A stretch of DNA of 64,000 nt from Myxococcota bacterium (GCA_963674735.2 CAXXQS010000003.1:96001-160000), one strand, 5' to 3'. Numbered from the stretch's first letter, positions 20,197 to 30,046 are shown. Notes: a model not told the origin generated them from the letters alone. A program made the numbers and translations.

Positions 20197-20631
20197 CTAG
20201 TTCTCGCTGTCTACTTTCGCCCATTGTTTGAAATAGGCACAGTGGCGACAGTCGGGGACTGTGTGCCCGTTGACTTCGCGTTCATGGACCTGTGTCCAAC
20301 AATTCAGCGTGTAATTCCGATGGATTGGACATGTTGTGCAATCGATATTTTGTGGAAGGACCGGAACGGAAACCCGATTGCCGCCCCGGGCTTGTTTCCG
20401 ATATTCCCAGCACATAGGCCGAGTGGCGAAATCCCGATCGAGTTGCTCGATTGTCATTCCACGCTTCAACATGAATGTACGTAAGGAAGCCACCAAGATA
20501 CGGTATTGGCCTCCGGCTGTTTTCTGGGCGGGCAACAAGCCTTTCTTGATCCAGTTGACGATGGTCTCGGCGGTGACAAAACAATAGGACGCTGCTTTTC
20601 CAGTGCTGATTGCCCATTGCTTTTCCGCCAT
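20197..20631 (-). CDS. Excisionase-type HTH DNA-binding protein with C-terminal Cys cluster (two-CW-like)
   Basis: STGKAASYCFVTAETIVNWIKKG..A.KTAGGQYRI; CWEY...CTTCP...CW...CRHCAYF. Confidence 0.75.
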   Translation of the reverse strand: MAEKQWAISTGKAASYCFVTAETIVNWIKKGLLPAQKTAGGQYRILVASLRTFMLKRGMTIEQLDRDFATRPMCWEYRKQARGGNRVSVPVLPQNIDCTTCPIHRNYTLNCWTQVHEREVNGHTVPDCRHCAYFKQWAKVDSEN

Positions 20632-20735
20632 ATTTTCCAACTCTTAGCGCTGGCTGTTTCAAGTTGCGGGACGCTTGGGTGTTTTGGCGATTGTTGCTGT
20701 TTTAGTGTTTTTGGTACTTCCACCTAACCGATTGA

Positions 20736-20764
20736 AAATTATCCCAGCTAGTGTTGTTTGTCAA
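20736..20764 (-). promoter_or_regulatory. Candidate sigma70 promoter for the tmc/hmc operon
   Basis: TTGACA, 17 bp, TAATTT (or 15 bp, GATAAT) on the minus strand; flanked by two copies of TTGTTGCTGT (20691-20700, 20775-20784). Confidence 0.45.
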
Positions 20765-20923
20765 TGCCTTTTTCTTGTTGCTGTCTTCTTTGAGCCGTTA
20801 TTGTAAACATAGAAAACTTCATTCAAAGTAGTGTTCAGGTCGGTCTACTCGGTAATGGCCGGGTGCCGGTGGCTTGCTGGACCGGTGGATTATGAGGTGT
20901 TGTACGAATGGTTCAAATTGTAC

Positions 20924-20954
20924 TTGACAGTATGCTGACAGTATGTCATAGAAG
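20924..20954 (+). promoter_or_regulatory. Candidate promoter/operator of the MerR gene
   Basis: TTGACA followed by tandem TGACAGTATG x2 containing the inverted repeat TGACA-GTA-TGTCA. Confidence 0.45.
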
Positions 20955-20982
20955 TATACGAATACTGATACTTGGAGGATGC

Positions 20983-21729
20983 ATGGCACACCGTCCTGTT
21001 TTCACGCTTGAAGAAGCGGCGGCTCATTTTCATATGGAGGTTGGACCGCTGCTTGACTGGTTGGAGCACCGTCTGATTTCCCCGTCGTTTGTGGCCGATG
21101 ATCAGCAGCCGCTGTTCGACGATAACGACTTGGCGCATTTGGAAGGATTGGTCGAACTGTACCGGATCGGCTATGCGACTGCCGATATTCGGAAAATCAC
21201 CCGGAAAGTCGGTCTTCCAAAAGTGTCGCGGCGTGGGAAGGGAAAGGTTCTGCGACGCTATCTGACGGTCGGAGAGTTGGCCTCGCGCTGCGGCTTGAAT
21301 CCCCGAACCATCAAGTACTGGGAAGAACGCGGCATCATTGCTCCTACCACTCGTAGTAGCGGTGGTTTCCGGCTGTACGACGAAGAATATGTCACGTTTT
21401 GTCGGCTCATTCAGGATTTGCAACTTTTCGGTTATACGCTGGAGGAGATTAAAGGCGTCGCCGGTCGTTTCAAAGTCTATTCCGAATTGCGGATGGATCG
21501 TTTTTCGGGAAACGAGAGCGAGGCACAGGCGCAGTTGGATGACATGTTGCAGGCCCTTGATTCGCTGAGCGTCCGTATGGATGAATTGACGAAAGGAGTC
21601 CAGCGATGGCGAAAACTGATCAAAGACAAACGATCGGAGGTTCTGGGATTTCGTCGGCGATACGGGAAATCCGCCGAGAAACCGGCCGAAGCCATACCGG
21701 AAGGCGGCGAAAACCCAAGCTCGTCATGA
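20983..21729 (+). CDS. MerR-family regulator with two HTH domains
   Basis: Degenerate N-terminal HTH, then LTVGELASRCGLNPRTIKYWEERGII.P..RSSGGFRLY and a coiled coil; GGAGG RBS. Confidence 0.85.
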   Translation: MAHRPVFTLEEAAAHFHMEVGPLLDWLEHRLISPSFVADDQQPLFDDNDLAHLEGLVELYRIGYATADIRKITRKVGLPKVSRRGKGKVLRRYLTVGELASRCGLNPRTIKYWEERGIIAPTTRSSGGFRLYDEEYVTFCRLIQDLQLFGYTLEEIKGVAGRFKVYSELRMDRFSGNESEAQAQLDDMLQALDSLSVRMDELTKGVQRWRKLIKDKRSEVLGFRRRYGKSAEKPAEAIPEGGENPSSS

Positions 21730-23225
21730 TCGAACCTCAGCCGCCCGGACGCCATGTGTTCAGTCGGCTGAAATTGCCCCGCTTGGGCGCGGTGCTGCTG
21801 GCGACCCTGGCCCGGAACCTAGGCTGGTCGGCTCAGGTCTATGTGGAAGATATCGCGCCGATCGATTACCAGGACGCGCTGACGGCCGACTTGGTGGGTA
21901 TCTCCACGATTACGTCCACGGCGCCGCGTGCCTATGCCATTGCCGACAGCCTGCGAGAGTTTGGTGTGCCGGTAGTGATGGGTGGACCCCACGTGAGTTT
22001 TTGCGAAGAAGAAGCGCTTGCGCATGCGGATTGGGTCGTACGGGGCGAGGGAGAAAAACCATTTATCGCCTTGCTTGATGCCTTGAAAGAGGAGGGGGAC
22101 ATGGAAGCGGTGCCCAGCTTGTCCTATCGTGGGCAAGACGGACAACTGCGGCATAACCCGCCCGCCGAACCTCTGGAGGATCTCGATAGCCTGCCGCATC
22201 CCGATTTCACGCTGATTTCCGGATGGCAGGCGGCGCGCAGTTTTTACAACCTGCCCATGATCCCCATTCAAATGACGCGTGGCTGTCCTTACAACTGTCG
22301 GTTTTGTTCGGTGGTACGTATGTTCGGGCGAAAGCTGCGTCGACGTTCGGCCGATCACATCATGGAGGAGCTCTCTCAGTATCGCGAGCAGATGATCTCC
22401 GCCTTTGTTTACGACGACAATTTTACGGCCGATCGTGCTTGGGCCAAGCAAATCCTTTCGCGTATGGTGGATGAGAAAATTTGCCCGCAAAACTGGTCGG
22501 CCCAAGTGCGGGTGGATGCGGCGCGAGACCCTGAGTTGTTGGAACTGATGCGGGCGGCCGGATGCAAAACGGTCTGCATCGGATTCGAATCGGCGAATCC
22601 CGAGTCGCTCAAAGAGATGAAAAAAGGGCAGACTCTGGAAGAAATGGTGCTGGCCGTGAGAGAATTCAAGCAGGCGAGCCTCGATGTGCATGGCATGTTC
22701 ATTTTCGGTTTCGATCACGACACGAAAGAAAGCCTGCGTGAGACGGTGCGTTTTGCTAAACGTCTGAGAATCTTGTCGGCCCAGTTCCTCCAGCTGACGC
22801 CCCTTCCGGGTACGCCCACCTATGATGAATTGAAAAACCAGGGACGTCTGATCATTCATGATTGGGCGCAGTACGACGGCGGCCATGTGACGTTTACGCC
22901 GAGCAATCTATCCCGGCGCGAGTTGCAATTGGAACAGATTCGTGCGCATGCCGTTTTCTATTCCCATGGACGCGCTCTGAAACAATTACTGGGCGGTTAC
23001 GTGACCGGTAGTCTGATTTATTTATATGCCCGGAAATTGAACCGGGAATGGGTGAAAGGCAATCGGGTTTATCTAAAGGCGCTCGAGTTATCGGAAAAGG
23101 CACGTCATTTCAACGTCAGCTTTGATTTCGAACTCGACTTGTCGGAAGTACGCGAGCAGATTGCACAGGCGGCAATGCGCTTGGTGTATGCCTGGCAGCC
23201 GAACAAAGAGCTGCCTGTGACCTGA
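21726..23225 (+). CDS. B12-binding domain radical SAM protein (start may be upstream, at 21606)
   Basis: LVGIS, VVMGGPH, GEGE, TRGCPYNCRFC, DDNF, IGFES, TPLPGT. Confidence 0.9.
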   Translation: MIEPQPPGRHVFSRLKLPRLGAVLLATLARNLGWSAQVYVEDIAPIDYQDALTADLVGISTITSTAPRAYAIADSLREFGVPVVMGGPHVSFCEEEALAHADWVVRGEGEKPFIALLDALKEEGDMEAVPSLSYRGQDGQLRHNPPAEPLEDLDSLPHPDFTLISGWQAARSFYNLPMIPIQMTRGCPYNCRFCSVVRMFGRKLRRRSADHIMEELSQYREQMISAFVYDDNFTADRAWAKQILSRMVDEKICPQNWSAQVRVDAARDPELLELMRAAGCKTVCIGFESANPESLKEMKKGQTLEEMVLAVREFKQASLDVHGMFIFGFDHDTKESLRETVRFAKRLRILSAQFLQLTPLPGTPTYDELKNQGRLIIHDWAQYDGGHVTFTPSNLSRRELQLEQIRAHAVFYSHGRALKQLLGGYVTGSLIYLYARKLNREWVKGNRVYLKALELSEKARHFNVSFDFELDLSEVREQIAQAAMRLVYAWQPNKELPVT

Positions 23226-23264
23226 GACGGTCTTGGATGCGTTCATTCGTCTGTATTATCTAAA

Positions 23265-23303
23265 TAAAAAAGCCCCCGCGACGATTGGCGGGGGCTTTGC
23301 TTT
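23265..23303. terminator. Bidirectional intrinsic terminator
   Basis: AAAAAAGCCCCCGC-loop-GCGGGGGCTTT between convergent genes. Confidence 0.8.
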
Positions 23304-23318
23304 AAATCCCAACCGTAT

Positions 23319-26300
23319 TTACAGCTTGGCCAATTCTTCGAGAGTCTCCGGGCTTGGCTGACGTGTGAAGCGCTGCAGCAGCGAGAAAAAGACCGGAACC
23401 ACGAACAGGGTGATGCAGGTGGAGAACAGCAAGCCACCCATGATCGCGAAACCCATGGAATGCTTGATTTCGGCTGCATTGGCGGTGGAGAGGACAACCG
23501 GAGTCATTCCGACCAACGTACCGCCGGCCGTCATCAGAATGGGGCGCAGACGGGTACGGCTCGATTCGACCAGCGCGGGAACCGTTTCCATGCCGCCGCG
23601 AGTCAATTGCAGGGCATAGTCGACCAGCAAAATCGAATTCTTGGTGACGATACCCATCAACATGATGATGCCGATGAAGCTCATGACGGACAAAGTCTGA
23701 TTAAACGTGTACAGACTGGCGACTGCGCCGGTGAAGGCAAAGGGCAGGGCCGTCATGATGGTGAAAGGGTGGATGAAGCTGTTGAACTGGGATGACAACA
23801 CGATGTAAATCAGGAAGATGGCGGCTAGCAGGGATAACGACAGGCTGGTGAATGATTCCTTCATGTGTTCGGCATCGCCTGCCATTTTAAGTTCCACTCC
23901 CGGAGGGAAATTTTGTGCCGCGAAGTTTTCCAGTTTTTCAGCTTGGAAACCGATCGTATAGCCGGGAGCAAGGCCGGATTTCACGCCGATTTTCCGGCTA
24001 CGGTCGATCCGGTTGATCTCGACCAGTTTATTGCCGTAGGTGATTTCAGCCACATCCGCCAGCCTGACCATCTGACCGCCGGTTCCCCTCATGGGTAGGC
24101 TGCGCAGGTAATCGAGTTGCTGGTAAGCGTCGTCGAGATAGGCCTTGATTTCGATTTCTTCACCGGTTTCATCGTTGATGCCGCTGATCTTTTCTCCGTC
24201 GATCAGGGAGCGCACCGCCAATCCGGTCTGAGCCGGATTGATACCGAGATCGGTCATTTTGTCGTGGTTGAATTGGATACGAATTTCTTTTTTATAACCC
24301 TTATCCGATTCAATGATATCGGTAAACCCGCCGTCCGCTTCCATGAAGGCGATCATCTGGGTTGAGGCTTGTTTGAGATCGGTGAAATTGGTGCCGACCA
24401 GGTTGAGCTGCACCGGGGCGGTTTCCATCCCTTCGGCCTTGACATAGCTGATGGAGACTTTGGCGTCGTATTTTTTCATCACAGGAGCCAGGCGTTCACG
24501 CACCAGTGTCATCGCTTCTTCCTGGTTGATGGAACGGGTTTCCTTAGGCTTCATCATCACCCGCATCCGGGCGAGATGCTTTTCTTTCCGGGTGCCGCCG
24601 CCAATGGTTGTAAAGGCGAAGCTTTCCCAGTCATATTTCGATAATATTTCGACGATTTCGCTACTGACAGCCTGGCTTCTATCGATGGAACTTTCACTAT
24701 CGAGCTCGACCACCACGTCGAATTCGCCTCGGTCGACATTGGGAAAGAAGGCCGAAGGCAAAAGCCCGGCAATCTGAAGACCGCCGACGAATAAAAGAAT
24801 CGCGATCACGATAACCATTGCGCGGTGGCCGAGCGCCCAGCTGACCCCGCTTGCGTACTTATTCTCAAGCCAAACCAGGAATCGGTCCATGATGCGGTAG
24901 AACAGGAGGTCTTTCTTTTCTTCTTTGAGAATCCGGCTGGCCAGAAGCGGGGCAACCGTGAAACTGACCGTCATCGAGATGATAATGGCGGCTACGACGG
25001 TAAGACCGAAATCATGAAAGAACGTACCCGCCATACCCGACATGACCGCAGTGGGACTGAACACGCAGATCAAGGCCAATTCCGCGCTGACGACCGCCAG
25101 CCCAACTTCGTTGGTTGCGTCGATAACCGCCCGAATCTTATTTTTCCCTTTTTTAATATGTCGGAAGATGGCCTCGATAACCACGATGGCATCGTCGGTC
25201 AGAATACCGACGGAAATCGATAATGCCAAAGTTGTCATGATGTTGAGGCTCAAGCCCGCCACTTTGACGAATAAAAAGGTTCCGATGATCGAAGTGGGGA
25301 GTGAAACGGCCACGATAAGAGCCGCGCGAGTGTTCATCAAAAAGGCGTAGATGATCAGCATCGCCATCAGGGCTCCGATGAACACGTCTCCAACCGAGCT
25401 TTCAACCGCTGCGCGGGTGAAGGGGGCCTGATCGCCGATGATTTCGATGCTGTATCCTTCAGGCAACTGCGCTTCGATTTTGGCGATCTCCGCTTTGATT
25501 TCTTCAGACATGGTTACCTGATTTACGGAGCCTTGTTTTTTCACCTTCAAAGCCACGGCGGGGGTGAGATCGAGAAACGAGGCGCTCTCTTCTTCTTCAA
25601 GGCCGTCTTCCACACGAGCGACATCCTTCAGACGCAAGGTGTTCGGGCCCACGGCGATAAGTGGCATTTGATTGATTTCGGGGAGGGTTTCCACCTCGCC
25701 AATACTGCGCACCGATAATTCCAGCGAATTATCAAGTACTTTTATGCTGCCTGCCGGAATATCCACAGACTTGCTTTTCATCAGTTGCACGACGTCAAGT
25801 GGTGACAGGTTGAGTTGATTCAGCTTGAACGGATCCAGCAGAACGCGGATTTCGCGTTCGCGTCCACCGTAGATATCGACGCTTCCGACACCGGAAATGG
25901 ACTGCAGCCGGGTCTTGATGCGTTTATCCGCCAGTCGGGTGACCTCGCTGAGTTTGATGCCTGAAGGAGCTTTGAGGAGCAACGACATCACGGCCTGCGC
26001 GTTGATGTCGAATTGTTCGATGATGGAATCGTCGGCATCGTCAGGCAGATCGCTTTTTACAGTGGCTACTTTATCGCGCACGTTTTGGGTGGCGATCGGA
26101 CCCTCCACATAGTCTTGGAAGGTGACGATGATAATGCCGACGTTATCGATGGCCGTGCTGTCGATATGCTTGATATCATTCAAGGTTCCGATTGAGTCTT
26201 CAAGTTTTTTTACGATATCTTCTTCAATCGTGCGCGCATTGGCCCCGGGATATATGGTCGTCACCGTGATGACCGGGAAATCCATGGTTGGCAGCAGTTC

Positions 26301-26402
26301 GACGCTCAGGGTTTTTACCGCGACCAGACCGAAGATGATAATCGCCAGAGTCAGCATGGTGATCATGACGGGATTACGCAGGGATAGCCGGGACAGAAAC
26401 AT
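23319..26402 (-). CDS. RND efflux permease (AcrB/SwrC family)
   Basis: 1027 aa; LTDDAIVVIE, VTKNSILLVD, RLRPILMT. Confidence 0.95.
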   Translation of the reverse strand: MFLSRLSLRNPVMITMLTLAIIIFGLVAVKTLSVELLPTMDFPVITVTTIYPGANARTIEEDIVKKLEDSIGTLNDIKHIDSTAIDNVGIIIVTFQDYVEGPIATQNVRDKVATVKSDLPDDADDSIIEQFDINAQAVMSLLLKAPSGIKLSEVTRLADKRIKTRLQSISGVGSVDIYGGREREIRVLLDPFKLNQLNLSPLDVVQLMKSKSVDIPAGSIKVLDNSLELSVRSIGEVETLPEINQMPLIAVGPNTLRLKDVARVEDGLEEEESASFLDLTPAVALKVKKQGSVNQVTMSEEIKAEIAKIEAQLPEGYSIEIIGDQAPFTRAAVESSVGDVFIGALMAMLIIYAFLMNTRAALIVAVSLPTSIIGTFLFVKVAGLSLNIMTTLALSISVGILTDDAIVVIEAIFRHIKKGKNKIRAVIDATNEVGLAVVSAELALICVFSPTAVMSGMAGTFFHDFGLTVVAAIIISMTVSFTVAPLLASRILKEEKKDLLFYRIMDRFLVWLENKYASGVSWALGHRAMVIVIAILLFVGGLQIAGLLPSAFFPNVDRGEFDVVVELDSESSIDRSQAVSSEIVEILSKYDWESFAFTTIGGGTRKEKHLARMRVMMKPKETRSINQEEAMTLVRERLAPVMKKYDAKVSISYVKAEGMETAPVQLNLVGTNFTDLKQASTQMIAFMEADGGFTDIIESDKGYKKEIRIQFNHDKMTDLGINPAQTGLAVRSLIDGEKISGINDETGEEIEIKAYLDDAYQQLDYLRSLPMRGTGGQMVRLADVAEITYGNKLVEINRIDRSRKIGVKSGLAPGYTIGFQAEKLENFAAQNFPPGVELKMAGDAEHMKESFTSLSLSLLAAIFLIYIVLSSQFNSFIHPFTIMTALPFAFTGAVASLYTFNQTLSVMSFIGIIMLMGIVTKNSILLVDYALQLTRGGMETVPALVESSRTRLRPILMTAGGTLVGMTPVVLSTANAAEIKHSMGFAIMGGLLFSTCITLFVVPVFFSLLQRFTRQPSPETLEELAKL

Positions 26403-26451
26403 CGCTTTCTCCTCGAGTCAAGCGTTTAGTGTTTGGATTGTGTGTTTGTGT

Positions 26452-27555
26452 TTAGGCTTCCACCGCTTCCACGGCTTCTCCGGACTTGATGCTGGAAATA
26501 TCTTTGATGACGAGGGACGGGATATCGCCGATGACCTCCAGACCCTCCTCAAACGTGAAGCCGATGGACACGGCGCGAGGGGTTACGATACCGTTTTCGA
26601 TGGTGAAAACCTGCCCCATGCGATTGCCGGTGGTCAACACGGCCGTTGAAGGGACGATCACGCGCGGGCGCTCGGGGGTGTGGATCGTGGCCATGGCGAA
26701 AACGCCGGCGGGAATGTTGCCTTCGGTGTTATCGATATAAGCGATCAGGCTGAATGTTTTCATGGCGCTGATGCTTTTACCCTTGGAGTCGATGGCCGCC
26801 TTGACCCGGCGGTTCAAGGTCGGAATGTAGAATTCCACGGCATCTCCCTGCTTGATTTCGCCGAAAAACATCTCCGAAATTGCGAACGAAGCCTTGAGAC
26901 GGTCGATTTTTTCGATGGTGGCGATATCGCCGCCGCCGGGCATGGTGCTCATGACATATTTGCCGAGCGGAGCCAGTTTGCCTGTGATGACGCCATTGAA
27001 CGGTGCGCGAACGGTTGCTTTGGCGAGCTTGCGTTGCAGCATTTTTACGTTATCTTTGGCCGCCTCAACCTGCTTTTCCAGGGCGGTTTTCTGGGCCTGA
27101 ATGCCATCGAACTGGCTCTGCGGAATGCTGCCGCTTTTCAGAAGAGCCTGCATACGTCCGAAGTCCTTCTCGACACTCACATATTGAGCCTCAAGCGCCG
27201 CCAAACCGGAATTGGCCTGTGCCAGGCTGATGCGGTAGTCGATGGGGTCCAGGGTGGCGATCGGGTCACCGGCCTTGACCAGCTGGTTTTCATTGACATG
27301 CCACTTGACCAGTTGGGCCGTCACTTCGGATGTGATGACACCTTTTTCTTCCGGCGACAGGGTGACGCCTTCGGTAATCGTCAAACCCAATGATTTCGTT
27401 GAAGGTGCGATGACGAGTACTTCCTTGATCACCTCTTTTGGGGTCGTTTGTTCAGCTTCGGCCCCCGCGGTAGACCGGCAACCTACCGATGTGGAAACGA
27501 GGATGGCCATGAATACGGCGATTGCCAACCAGGATGTGTGTGATTTGACGGTCAT
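26452..27555 (-). CDS. RND periplasmic adaptor (MFP), lipoprotein
   Basis: Lipobox SVGC; VKAGDPIATLD, coiled coil, VRAPFNGVI. Confidence 0.92.
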   Translation of the reverse strand: MTVKSHTSWLAIAVFMAILVSTSVGCRSTAGAEAEQTTPKEVIKEVLVIAPSTKSLGLTITEGVTLSPEEKGVITSEVTAQLVKWHVNENQLVKAGDPIATLDPIDYRISLAQANSGLAALEAQYVSVEKDFGRMQALLKSGSIPQSQFDGIQAQKTALEKQVEAAKDNVKMLQRKLAKATVRAPFNGVITGKLAPLGKYVMSTMPGGGDIATIEKIDRLKASFAISEMFFGEIKQGDAVEFYIPTLNRRVKAAIDSKGKSISAMKTFSLIAYIDNTEGNIPAGVFAMATIHTPERPRVIVPSTAVLTTGNRMGQVFTIENGIVTPRAVSIGFTFEEGLEVIGDIPSLVIKDISSIKSGEAVEAVEA

Positions 27556-27586
27556 ACCTAATTCTCCTATATACGAAAAATCCGTG

Positions 27587-28984
27587 CTAAAAAAGTTTGA
27601 TGGAGTCGAGGGGTTCGCCGATGGCCTTCAAGAAAGTCGCTTTGGCGATGAAACATTGATGGACGGCCGCGCTGTGGTTGTTCCGGGCCTTTGCCAAGGC
27701 GGCCTCGGAGTCGAGCGTATCCGCAATGGTTCCCATCCCCTGGGCCAGGTTCTGAGCTTCGATCTGGAAAGATTCCTCCGCTTCGGTCAGAGCGGCCTCG
27801 GTTACTTCCAAGGTTTGAAAGGCCGTTTGAACATCGATGCGTGCTTTGCGGATCTCCAACCCGATCATGCGCTCGGCATGCTGGCGCAGATGTTCGAGTT
27901 GGCGTTGTGTTTGGCGGGCTTTCTCGATTCCGTAAAATGTCGATCCCCATTCCCAGGCCGTCCATTCCAGGGTCAATCCGCCGAAGAAAGCATCCGCCTT
28001 CCCCATTTTGATGCCTTCGGTGTGTTTGTAGGCGCCGACCAGCGCGAGGTTGGGGAACATATCGGCAATCGCGACCTTGCGTCCGCGGTCGGCCTGCTCG
28101 TCGCGCAGACGAAGCTCGGCCAGTTCCTGGCGTTCGGCCAGTCCCTGCTCGATGGCTTGGGGTAGTGAGCGACTTGGAGGGGCTGGTCGCAAATCGGCGG
28201 TTGCAGCCGGCTGATAGTCGGCGTCCATGTCGACACCCATCACGGCTACCAGATTGGTACGAGCCAGGTCGAGCTGAGATCTGGCTAGAATCAAGCGGCG
28301 GTCGGCGTCGGCAAGCGCGACACGCACCTTCAGCTGGTCGTTTCGAGCCAACAGGCCCTGGTCGACGAATGATTTCACGACACGTGCTTGCTCGTTCAGA
28401 CTATCGACCGATTTCTGGGCTGTGTCCAACTGGGCCTGAGCTTGCAGAACTTGGAAATAAGCCGATACAACCTGCAGAATGGTGTTTTGCCGGGTGGACT
28501 GCGATTGCGTTTGGGCTACGTCGCGATTCAGAGAGGCCACCTTGTAACCTTGATGAATTTGATAGAGTTGGTTAAGTGGCATGGCCACGGTAACTTGTGT
28601 TTCGCTGGTTACCTGATCCTGAATTTTCGTCGGTTCCGAGAGTTGTTCCATCACATCGACGAAGGCCATTTCATAGGGCGTCGCCGGAGCGGGTAGGGCG
28701 GAGAGATCGCCCGAGCCGTCACTGAGCGACAAAGCCGAAGCTTCGTCGAAAACCATGACGTTGCTGCTGACGCTGAGCGTTGGTCCGTAGTGGCCGCGTG
28801 CTTGCTTACGAGCCGCATCGGCGGATTTGACGGCGTTTTTGGAGGCCATCAACTCGGGATTGTTTTCGAGAGTGAGGCGAATGGCTTCATCGAGGGTCAA
28901 TTCGACGTTGCTCGACCATCCGATGGATGGGAGCATTAAACCGAAAAACAGAACGAAAATAAACACATTGCGGTGCCCAATCAT
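27587..28984 (-). CDS. TolC-family outer-membrane protein
   Basis: LTLDEAIRLTLENNPEL, VVSAYFQVL, helical OEP repeats; upstream of MFP and RND. Confidence 0.92.
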   Translation of the reverse strand: MIGHRNVFIFVLFFGLMLPSIGWSSNVELTLDEAIRLTLENNPELMASKNAVKSADAARKQARGHYGPTLSVSSNVMVFDEASALSLSDGSGDLSALPAPATPYEMAFVDVMEQLSEPTKIQDQVTSETQVTVAMPLNQLYQIHQGYKVASLNRDVAQTQSQSTRQNTILQVVSAYFQVLQAQAQLDTAQKSVDSLNEQARVVKSFVDQGLLARNDQLKVRVALADADRRLILARSQLDLARTNLVAVMGVDMDADYQPAATADLRPAPPSRSLPQAIEQGLAERQELAELRLRDEQADRGRKVAIADMFPNLALVGAYKHTEGIKMGKADAFFGGLTLEWTAWEWGSTFYGIEKARQTQRQLEHLRQHAERMIGLEIRKARIDVQTAFQTLEVTEAALTEAEESFQIEAQNLAQGMGTIADTLDSEAALAKARNNHSAAVHQCFIAKATFLKAIGEPLDSIKLF

Positions 28985-29101
28985 GCGTGGTCCCTTTACC
29001 TTATTGTTGTGCGTCAATCCAAATCCGGGTCGGCGAGTATCGCGAGCAATCCGGTGAGTTATGGTCGATAATGTATCATATCAAGGTGCGAATTTCCTAC
29101 T

Positions 29102-29404
29102 TCAGTTTGTTGGGTTGCAGTGGATTTCATGTAGATTCCAAATCGAATGGTCGATCATTCCATCGCTGGAAAGTCGGTCGCTCAGCAGAAACCCAAGCTT
29201 GCTTTTTGACGGGGTATTATTACTTTGCCAGATCAATACCACCGCCAAGTTGGACTTAAAAACGGAATTATGCATGAGCTGGATATCTACTAGGTTTTCC
29301 TGCTCGGCTTCCATCGTGGCTTCCAATTCCTTGGGGAGGGTTTGTAAAAGCCGTTTGATACGTTCTTCCGATGCCAGTATGTGAATAATTTCGTTCCATT
29401 TCAT
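29102..29404 (-). CDS. Hypothetical protein (about 100 aa), first gene after a sigma54 promoter
   Basis: MKWNEII...IDHSIW; GAGG RBS; co-oriented with tolC. Confidence 0.65.
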   Translation of the reverse strand: MKWNEIIHILASEERIKRLLQTLPKELEATMEAEQENLVDIQLMHNSVFKSNLAVVLIWQSNNTPSKSKLGFLLSDRLSSDGMIDHSIWNLHEIHCNPTN

Positions 29405-29456
29405 GGCTTTACCCTCAGCTAAATTATCGCCATGGGGGCGCTCTTGCAATGTAATT

Positions 29457-29472
29457 TGCAAAACCGGTGCCA
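29457..29472 (-). promoter_or_regulatory. Sigma54 -24/-12 promoter
   Basis: TGGCAC-CGGTT-TTGCA, a consensus match. Confidence 0.85.
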
Positions 29473-29575
29473 GATGCTGAATGGGAAAAGTGCTGTAAAC
29501 TTAGTAGGTTTAGGCGGGGCGGGCGAAGGCTGTCATATGAGACAGGACGTGGCTGTTTTATATGGCGGAATGCTG

Positions 29576-30046
29576 TTAATAGTGGTGGATTGCGAGTTGA
29601 TTTCCTGAACGATCATCCGTCAATTCGACGAGTGCTGCCAGTAGATCGGATTTTGTGTAGGGGGTCGTGAGGATCGCGCTTCGTTGGTCGATCAGACCGC
29701 CGTAGATGTGGATTGGCGCTTCGGCTGAAAGCAGAAACAGAAAGCGCGAGTGGGGATAGGTTTCACGGAGTCTTTTCAGTGATTCCGCGACGGAACGTCC
29801 GAGCGGTAATCGATCTCGGATGACAAGCTGTTCGCAAGTGTCTGTTGATGGTGGTGTGTCGGGTATGTGGTGTCTTGGCAAGGGCCAGGTAACGGGAAAG
29901 CGTTGCCGGATCAGCCAATGGGTCAAGCTTAGAGCCCGGTCGGAGTCGTCCAAGTCGATCAGGATGGGCAAACCGAGGCAACCCTCCGACGACGCTGGGG
30001 TGGCGGATATCGGAACGGGGTCGGTTTCAAACGAAATCGTTTGCAT
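29576..30046 (-). CDS. Degenerate receiver-like protein
   Basis: ILIDLDD, LVIRD and ILTTPYTKSDLL align with a receiver fold, but the conserved Lys of KP is absent. Confidence 0.5.
   Translation of the reverse strand: MQTISFETDPVPISATPASSEGCLGLPILIDLDDSDRALSLTHWLIRQRFPVTWPLPRHHIPDTPPSTDTCEQLVIRDRLPLGRSVAESLKRLRETYPHSRFLFLLSAEAPIHIYGGLIDQRSAILTTPYTKSDLLAALVELTDDRSGNQLAIHHY

Noticed and set aside
21726-23225. Radical SAM as the activase of the glycyl radical enzyme
   Set aside because: It has a B12-binding N-terminal domain and lacks the GRE-activase signature (DGPG.R..F.KGC.L.C.WC.NPE).
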